Shown in pieces: positions 54,326 to 60,546 of a DNA stretch of 60,546 nucleotides; within the stretch, counting starts at the first letter, position 1, and the number at the start of each line of letters is the position of its first letter. The DNA is from an uncultured Pseudomonadales bacterium. GTDB lineage: Bacteria > Patescibacteriota > Microgenomatia > UBA1400 > CAYXSR01. The notes below the pieces were generated by a model that saw only the letters and a list, made by a program, of their open reading frames with translations, had not been told where the DNA came from and did not search any database. The stretch lies in NCBI GenBank assembly GCA_964467735.1, contig CAYXSR010000005.1, positions 1 to 60,546 of the forward strand, read 5' to 3'. A program made the translations under genes and the position numbers.

Positions 54326-55428
54326 AAATTCCTTTTTTAGATTTAAAAAGAGAATATCGTTTAATTGAGAACGAAGTTAAAAAAGAGATTAACTCTATTT
54401 TAGAGAAAGGAGAATATTGTTATGGCCAGCAAACTGACTTATTTGAAAAAAAATTTGCTAAGCTTGTTGGCTGTAAATATTGTTTGGGCACTAAATCAGG
54501 AACTGATAGTTTAATAATTGCTCTAAAGACATTAAGAATAGGTTATGGTGATGAGGTTATTACTACTCCTTTTACTTTTATTGCTACTGCTGAAGCAATT
54601 ATTAATGTTGGAGCTCGACCAGTTTTTGTTGATATTGACAGCCAGACATTGAATATTGACGTGAAAAAAATAGAACAAGTTATCGGCAATAAGACAAAGG
54701 CAGTCATTCCTGTTCATATTTATGGTGTTTGTGTAGAAATGGATTCGCTTTTACAAATTGCCAAAAAACATAACTTATTTATTATTGAAGATAGTGCTCA
54801 TGCAGAAGGTAGTTTATATAAGGGAAAGCCAGCTGGAAGTTTAGGGAATATTGGTTGTTTTTCTTTATATCCATCAAAAACCCTCGGAGCCTATGGTAAT
54901 GCCGGGGCAATTGTTACTAATAACAAAAAAGTATTTGAAAAAACAAAGATGATTAGCAATCATGGCAGAGGGAAAGATAAAGATATTCATGAATTAATTG
55001 GCTTAACAGGGAATATTGATAATATTCAGGCAGCTATTTTAAACGTAAAACTTAGGTTTTTTAAAAAATGGCTTAAAAGAAAATCTCAGATTGCTCAGAG
55101 ATATAATAAAGCATTTGAGAATTTATCATTCTTGAAGCCTCAAAAAGTTCCATCTTTTTGTGAACCTTCTTATTATGTTTATACTGTTTTATGTGAACAA
55201 AGAGATAAATTAGCTCGATATTTGATGAACTATGGTATTGAAACAAAAATTTACTATCCGAATCCTCTCCATTTGCAACCTTCTTTAAATTTTTTAAGGT
55301 ACAAGAAAGGAAACTTTCCAGTTGCTGAGAAACAAGTAACTTCTATTTTGTCTTTACCTCTATATCCTCAACTAACAGATAAAGAAGTGGACTTTATTAT
55401 TAAAAAAGTAAAACAATTTTCCGTTTAA
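54322..55428 (+). CDS. DegT/DnrJ/EryC1/StrS PLP-dependent sugar aminotransferase (WbpE-like)
   Basis: PVHIYG, IEDSAHA and FSLYPSKTLGAYGNAG motifs. Confidence 0.95.
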   Translation: MKIPFLDLKREYRLIENEVKKEINSILEKGEYCYGQQTDLFEKKFAKLVGCKYCLGTKSGTDSLIIALKTLRIGYGDEVITTPFTFIATAEAIINVGARPVFVDIDSQTLNIDVKKIEQVIGNKTKAVIPVHIYGVCVEMDSLLQIAKKHNLFIIEDSAHAEGSLYKGKPAGSLGNIGCFSLYPSKTLGAYGNAGAIVTNNKKVFEKTKMISNHGRGKDKDIHELIGLTGNIDNIQAAILNVKLRFFKKWLKRKSQIAQRYNKAFENLSFLKPQKVPSFCEPSYYVYTVLCEQRDKLARYLMNYGIETKIYYPNPLHLQPSLNFLRYKKGNFPVAEKQVTSILSLPLYPQLTDKEVDFIIKKVKQFSV

Positions 55429-55501
55429 TATAAGTTATATATCTATTACTCATTGAAAAATCAGGCGTTTTCTTTAAAATTAAATCTTAAGATAATGGAT
55501 C

Positions 55502-55544
55502 AAAAGCAATCTAAGAGTTTGAGACTGTCAGATTGCTTTTTTTT
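55502..55544 (+). terminator. Possible intrinsic terminator (11-bp stem, 17-nt loop, T run)
   Basis: AAAAGCAATCT (55502-12) / AGATTGCTTTT (55530-40) followed by TTTT; loop is larger than typical. Confidence 0.45.
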
Positions 55545-55819
55545 ACTATTTTCTGTTTATTCTTGTGGTAAAAGTAGTTATCGCTAAAAGCAGCTTTAAT
55601 TTGCTGAACCAACAAGATTGCACTTTGAAAATCCCAAGAGCATGAGAACTTTCTTCTTCAATATTCTGGAACAGGATTGAGAGCAAAAAATAAAGTTTTT
55701 TGTTGCCATTCCTGTTTCAGAAAGATCAGAGAGAATAGAAAAGGAGTTGAGTATGAGACAAAACGAGAAGTAAAAGCGGAAATTTGTAACCTTGTAGCTA
55801 TCTGAAAAAGGAGAAAGCG

Positions 55820-57118
55820 ATGAACGCCAGATCAAGAGGAAAGATTTTTATCGGAGTGGCCAGCGCACTTGCGCTTCTTGCGATTGCAGCGCTATTTTTC
55901 AGTTTGGGAAAGACAGCTCTGGCTACAACAGAGCTGCATGTTTGCTCCACATGTTTCTATACGTCTGTTCAAGCGGCCGTGGATGCTGCCAGTGAGGGTG
56001 ATATCATCAAGGTTGCTGCGGGGAGATACGCAGATGTAAGTCAACGGCCTCGCAACGACGTTGTTGCTACCGGGGTAGTCACTCAGATGCTGTATGTCAG
56101 TAAAACAGTGACCATTCTCGGCGGCTATGATGATAGCAATTGGGGCGTTTCCGATCCGGTTGCCAATCCGACTGTTTTGGACGCCCAAGGGGAAGGTAGG
56201 GTGATCTACATCACCAATGGAGCTAATCCAACGATTCGAGGTTTGCAGATTACCGGTGGACAGGCAGCAGGATTGGCCGGCGATCCGTGGGATAGCGATG
56301 CTGGCGGCGGGATCTACGGCTACCGTACTGGTTTCACGTTAGAAAATAGCGTGATTAACGATAACCACGCTAATGTTGGTGGAGGAATTTACCTTTTTGA
56401 CAGTCCGGCTGTTATTGAAGGAAACAATATCTATAGCAACACAGCCGGAGACGGAGGAGGCTTCCTTTTATGGGTCAGTGCGGCTGAGATTCGCAGCAAC
56501 AAGATTAGCGGAAACACTGCTTGGAGTTGCGGCGGCGGGATCTACCTTGACAATAGTCCCGCTGACTTAACAGGGAATATGTTCAGTGGAAATACTGCCT
56601 GGAAGGGTGCCGCACTAATGGTGGAATATAGTGTCCTCAGTTTGGTAAACAACGTTATTGTTGATAACCACGCTAATGTTGGTGGTGGAGTCTACATTTC
56701 CAGCGGAGATGTGGATATGTTCCACACCACCATTGTCGCCAACTCCGAAGGGATTCACCTTGCCAAAAGCCAGTGGCATGAAGAATACAGCGACGTTAGT
56801 TTGGTCAATACGATCTTTGTCAGTCATACGATTCCTATCAGTGTAGAATCAGGTAGCGCTATTACCGTCAATGGTGTTCTTTGGGATAGCCCGATGCCTG
56901 GTTTGAGCGGGGTATCGATTGAGAACCAGTACGTGGGCGATCCCTGTTTCACAGGCGACGGATATCACATTGCGATGGAGTCGGCGGCAAAAGACAAGGG
57001 AGTTTTGTCAAGCGTCTCTAACGACATTGATGGTCAGTCTCGTCTCGGTTTACCCGACCTCGGCGCCGATGAGTTCGTGCAACAAGTTTTTCTTCCCCTG
57101 GTCATACGAGAAGAATAA
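55820..57118 (+). CDS. Secreted right-handed parallel beta-helix (pectin-lyase fold) protein, GC-rich and probably horizontally acquired
   Basis: N-terminal signal/TM, YTSVQAAVDAA..GD.IKVAAG.Y, repeated N.A..GGG.Y coils, DIDG..R...PDLGADE, C-terminal VFLPLVIR; SD AGGAG. Confidence 0.85.
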   Translation: MNARSRGKIFIGVASALALLAIAALFFSLGKTALATTELHVCSTCFYTSVQAAVDAASEGDIIKVAAGRYADVSQRPRNDVVATGVVTQMLYVSKTVTILGGYDDSNWGVSDPVANPTVLDAQGEGRVIYITNGANPTIRGLQITGGQAAGLAGDPWDSDAGGGIYGYRTGFTLENSVINDNHANVGGGIYLFDSPAVIEGNNIYSNTAGDGGGFLLWVSAAEIRSNKISGNTAWSCGGGIYLDNSPADLTGNMFSGNTAWKGAALMVEYSVLSLVNNVIVDNHANVGGGVYISSGDVDMFHTTIVANSEGIHLAKSQWHEEYSDVSLVNTIFVSHTIPISVESGSAITVNGVLWDSPMPGLSGVSIENQYVGDPCFTGDGYHIAMESAAKDKGVLSSVSNDIDGQSRLGLPDLGADEFVQQVFLPLVIREE

Positions 57119-57134
57119 AGGAAGAGCGATTGAG

Positions 57135-57192
57135 GAAGAAAGGTGGCAGGTCGAAGGCTTGCTAGTTTGGCGATATCTGCCACCTTTTCTTC
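57135..57192 (+). terminator. Long hairpin/terminator after the beta-helix gene
   Basis: GAAGAAAGGTGGCAG (57135-49) / CTGCCACCTTTTCTTC (57177-92). Confidence 0.5.
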
Positions 57193-57320
57193 GGGTGAAA
57201 CCCCAAAGACTATTAGCCTGTTGTTGGCTAATGTGCTTTCTGTCTTAAAGTGCTCTTGGGGTTTTCTTGAATTTACTTCTAAACTGGAAATATTATCTTT
57301 TAACAGATATTATTTTATTA

Positions 57321-59597
57321 ATGATTTTTTACTTCTTTTTTCTAATCTTGGCTTTTCTACCCTTAATTGAAGGTGAATTTTTAGGTATTGGACGTTTTTT
57401 ATTGCTTTCTTCTTGTTTACCACTGACTTTTTTCTTGGCGAAGAAAAAGATTGTTAAAGATAATATTTTCATTAGTTTTGTTGGTTTTTTAATTTTAGCT
57501 TTATTATCAACAATTTTATCTTCTGTTTTCTCCAGAAGCTTAAATAGTTTAGTTTTATATTTTGTTTATTTTGTCTTCTTTCTGACATCTAGAATTTTAG
57601 CCGATGAGAAAAAACAGTTTTTTAAAGATTTTTTAATTATTAGTATTATTTTTCCTAGTCTAGTTTTATGTCTTTTGAGTTTTTACCTTCTTTTTATAAA
57701 AGAGACACCACCATTTTCGACAATGAACTTGATTTTTGCTAACTTCGGCCATAATCACTTAATTGATTATTTAATTTTTGCTTTTCCTATTAGTTTGTTT
57801 CTTTTATTTAAAGAAACAGAAAAGTTTAAAAGATTTTTATTTCTAATTTTAAGCTCGATTTTTCTAGCTGGTTTTATTTTCAGTTTTTCCCGCGGAGGCA
57901 TGTTGATGGCAATTTTAATAATTCTTTCAGTGAATTTTTTATTAAGATTTAATAAGCAAGTAAAAACCTATAATTTACTGAATTTTCTGATGATATTGTT
58001 AGTTATTGCAGTTTTAATATCTGGGACTAGTGGCTTTTATATTTTTGGTGAAGACAAAATTCAATCTTCTAATAATTTACTTATTAAAAAAATATTCCGT
58101 CAGTTACCTGTTGAGAGTCGTCTAGAATATTGGCGGCAGGCAATTTTATCATTTAAAGAAAGACCATTTGGTTGGGGACTAGATAATTTCCGCTACCTTT
58201 CAAGAAAATACCAAAGCAATTCTTTTGATTGGTCTTGGTATGTTCATAATCATTTTTTGCAGACATTTGTGGAAACTGGATGTTTGGGTGGAGCAGTGTT
58301 TTTATTATTAATATTTTTTGTGATAAAAAATATTTTTAAAAATCTTAAAAAAGAATTCAGTCTGAATTCAATTTTAACAATTGGCGTATTTACTTCTATT
58401 TTCCATTCTTTTTTTGATTATGATTGGCAGTTTCCTTCTGTTTTCCTACTTTTTTGGGTAATTACGGGATATTTGACTCAAACACAATCTCAAATTAATA
58501 AAAAACATATAGTGGATAAAACCTTATTTCTTTTTTTAGGAACAATAATTTTTGCGATAAGTATTTTAGAATTTACTGCTAATTCATTTTTGTTTTTTGG
58601 GACAAGCATAGGGGAAAAAACCTATCATCAGAAAGCGGAACACTTTTATCAAAAAACTCTAGCAGTTTGGCCATTTAAATTAGAGAATTGGCAAATAATA
58701 ATTAATTTTTATAAAAATAAGGATCGAGATAAAGCGATAGAATTAACTAAAAAACTCGTCCTTTTAGAACCAATTTATGATGAGAACTTTGTTTTATTAG
58801 GAGATTTATTTTATGAAAACAACAATTTTAAAGAAGCTAAAGACAATTACTTAAAAGCCATAAAGTTTAATCCTCAAGAATCAATAGGACTTTATATTAA
58901 AATTGCCAGTAATTGGCCGAAATGGAAAGATTCTCCAAGAGAACTATTTTCTATATTACAGACAATAGAAAATATTAAAGGAAAAACATGTAGTCTGAAG
59001 TGTTTGGGTTTCGAGAATGAAGAAAAGATATTAGATTTTCTACTTCAATTAATTAAACAAGATGAGTTTTACCAACTAGGTGAAAAACAACAAGCTAAGG
59101 TTTATTTTTGGTTAGCGGTTTTAACTTCTCATGAAAGAGATTGGGATAAAAATATTCATTGGCTCCAAAAAGCAATTAATGTAGATCAAAAAGAAGAGTA
59201 TAAAGATTTTTTGGATGATCTTGTTACTGTTGAAAAAATTAAAGATAAATTTTTGAAAAAAGACTACGCAGAAATAGAAAAATTATCAGAAGAGTTAGTC
59301 TTAAAGAGAAAAGATTATGCTTTTTATCAAAAATTTTACTTGTCAGAGGTTTATTACTTTTTAAGTAGATTCTATCTTTTTGAACAAGATCTAAAATTAG
59401 CTTTAGAGACAGCAGAAAAAGGTTTAAAAATCAATCCTTGGCTAGATCTTTTATATATTGTGCGGGCAGATATTTATGAATCAGAGAATGAGAAAGATGG
59501 GGAAAAGAGAATAATTGAAAAGTGTTTAGCTATTAACGAATGGAGTTTTTTTTGTAGAGAAAGATTAAACAAGATTACTTCAGATGATAAAAATTAG
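57321..59597 (+). CDS. O-antigen ligase-like (Wzy_C) protein with C-terminal TPR repeats
   Basis: FGHNH, SFSRGG, SRLEYW, GWGLDNF, YVHNHFLQ..ETG and FFDYDW, then TPR helices. Start likely 57321 (TATTAT-N7-ATG) rather than TTG 57267. Confidence 0.88.
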   Translation: MIFYFFFLILAFLPLIEGEFLGIGRFLLLSSCLPLTFFLAKKKIVKDNIFISFVGFLILALLSTILSSVFSRSLNSLVLYFVYFVFFLTSRILADEKKQFFKDFLIISIIFPSLVLCLLSFYLLFIKETPPFSTMNLIFANFGHNHLIDYLIFAFPISLFLLFKETEKFKRFLFLILSSIFLAGFIFSFSRGGMLMAILIILSVNFLLRFNKQVKTYNLLNFLMILLVIAVLISGTSGFYIFGEDKIQSSNNLLIKKIFRQLPVESRLEYWRQAILSFKERPFGWGLDNFRYLSRKYQSNSFDWSWYVHNHFLQTFVETGCLGGAVFLLLIFFVIKNIFKNLKKEFSLNSILTIGVFTSIFHSFFDYDWQFPSVFLLFWVITGYLTQTQSQINKKHIVDKTLFLFLGTIIFAISILEFTANSFLFFGTSIGEKTYHQKAEHFYQKTLAVWPFKLENWQIIINFYKNKDRDKAIELTKKLVLLEPIYDENFVLLGDLFYENNNFKEAKDNYLKAIKFNPQESIGLYIKIASNWPKWKDSPRELFSILQTIENIKGKTCSLKCLGFENEEKILDFLLQLIKQDEFYQLGEKQQAKVYFWLAVLTSHERDWDKNIHWLQKAINVDQKEEYKDFLDDLVTVEKIKDKFLKKDYAEIEKLSEELVLKRKDYAFYQKFYLSEVYYFLSRFYLFEQDLKLALETAEKGLKINPWLDLLYIVRADIYESENEKDGEKRIIEKCLAINEWSFFCRERLNKITSDDKN

Positions 59598-60546
59598 TCT
59601 TTTCTTAAAATTGATTACTTTTTTCTTTCTAGGTTTTTTTGTTTTTAATCTTTATTGGAAGGATGTAAAAATTCACGTTTTCCATGTTGATGAGTATTTA
59701 TTTCTAAAGAAATCTTTATTTTTCGACTTGTTGTTTATTAAAAAAAAGATAGATGATCCTCGTTGGCAGAAGGATGATTTTGATCAGCCTAAACTTGGCC
59801 CCTATATTTATGGTTTGACTTTGCACCTAAACAGTATAAAAGATATAGAAGCCTTTCAAAAAGAAATAAAGTTTAATGAAATCAAAATAAACAATCAAAA
59901 CTGGTGGTTTAAACTTTTCTTTGAAAAATTTGAAAATATTCCTGAATCTCTTAAACCGGCAAGAGAATTGATTTATAAAGGAAGAAAAACATCGGTCATT
60001 TTCAGTTTGGGAGTGTTTATTTTAGTTTTTATTTTTACTAGTTTATTTAAGAAACCTTTTTTTAATTTTATAGCAGTGATTTTATTAGCTAATAATAACT
60101 TAATGTGGTATTACGGTCGGATGGCAATGACTGATTCTTTTCAGCTTTTCTTCTTTTTTAGTAATCTGATTGTAGTTTACTTTTATTTTCAGTCTTTTTG
60201 TAAAAAACAAAAATCTCAATTTATTTTTTTAAGTATTCTCATTGGTTTAGTGACCGCTTTAGCAGCCGGTGTAAAATTAATCGGGATTTTATCATTACTA
60301 TTTTTTATTGGAGTTTTTATTCTGGTGTCTTTTTATAATTTTAAGAAGAAATCTCTTGATGCAAAAATAATGTTAAGCAGCTTAATAATAACAATTTTAA
60401 TCTTCTTTTTCGTCTTTGTTTTTTTAAATCCACAAATTTACCACCAGCCACTTAGGGGTTTTTATAAAATGTTTACTTCTCGCTGGCAGGCAGCAGAAAA
60501 TTATCAATTAATAGAAGGAAAACCAGTATCTAATCAAAAAGAAGCT
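59584..60546 (+). CDS. GT-C fold membrane glycosyltransferase, 3'-truncated by window edge
   Basis: Open frame from ATG 59584 to the window end: HVDEY, DQPKLG, GRMAMTDS, AAGVKLIG. Not in the ORF track. Confidence 0.8.
   Translation, partial: MIKISLFLKLITFFFLGFFVFNLYWKDVKIHVFHVDEYLFLKKSLFFDLLFIKKKIDDPRWQKDDFDQPKLGPYIYGLTLHLNSIKDIEAFQKEIKFNEIKINNQNWWFKLFFEKFENIPESLKPARELIYKGRKTSVIFSLGVFILVFIFTSLFKKPFFNFIAVILLANNNLMWYYGRMAMTDSFQLFFFFSNLIVVYFYFQSFCKKQKSQFIFLSILIGLVTALAAGVKLIGILSLLFFIGVFILVSFYNFKKKSLDAKIMLSSLIITILIFFFVFVFLNPQIYHQPLRGFYKMFTSRWQAAENYQLIEGKPVSNQKEA

Noticed and set aside
1908-57370. Numerous short antisense or overlapping ORFs in the track (e.g. 4036, 4342, 5063, 9355, 13618, 14199, 19229, 27232, 37330, 55596, 55892, 56919)
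   Set aside because: They are shadows of longer, motif-supported genes, with no RBS/promoter or recognisable product.
1-60546. CRISPR array, rRNA, tRNA, IS element, or canonical parS (TGTTTCACGTGAAACA)
   Set aside because: None was recognised on manual reading; a computational scan would be needed to exclude degenerate copies.

Overview
AT-rich, tightly packed chromosomal window, most likely from a Patescibacteria/CPR (Microgenomates-like) bacterium. That assignment is inferred from gene content, and TGA is used as a stop codon. The window spans the replication origin: dnaN-oriC-dnaA | rpmH-rnpA-yidD-yidC. Left of oriC lies a minimal monoderm-type T4SS locus with nine TrbC/VirB2-like pilin paralogues, TrbL/VirB6-like, PrgI/VirB3-like, VirB4 and a giant CHAP protein, but no relaxase, coupling protein or integrase. 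The locus is interrupted by an idi-ipk-uppS isoprenoid operon with an ECF sigma factor, and by a reverse-strand cassette of uncharacterised proteins. Right of oriC are a plasmid-type ParA/RHH pair and a ~26 kb surface-glycan locus containing a GC-rich, Chloroflexota-like beta-helix gene. The best novel candidate is an unannotated ~100-nt element at 8065-8167 that folds into a perfect four-way junction with an enclosing stem and a pseudoknot. It sits at the 3' end of a separately promoted two-peptide operon with a type I toxin-antitoxin-like layout. Other notable signals are the SD-led candidate effector cassette, micro-ORFs that bridge intergenic gaps, leaderless and bidirectional promoters, and a textbook DnaA-trio unwinding module. 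All structures and motifs were read by eye; no searches or folding programs were run.
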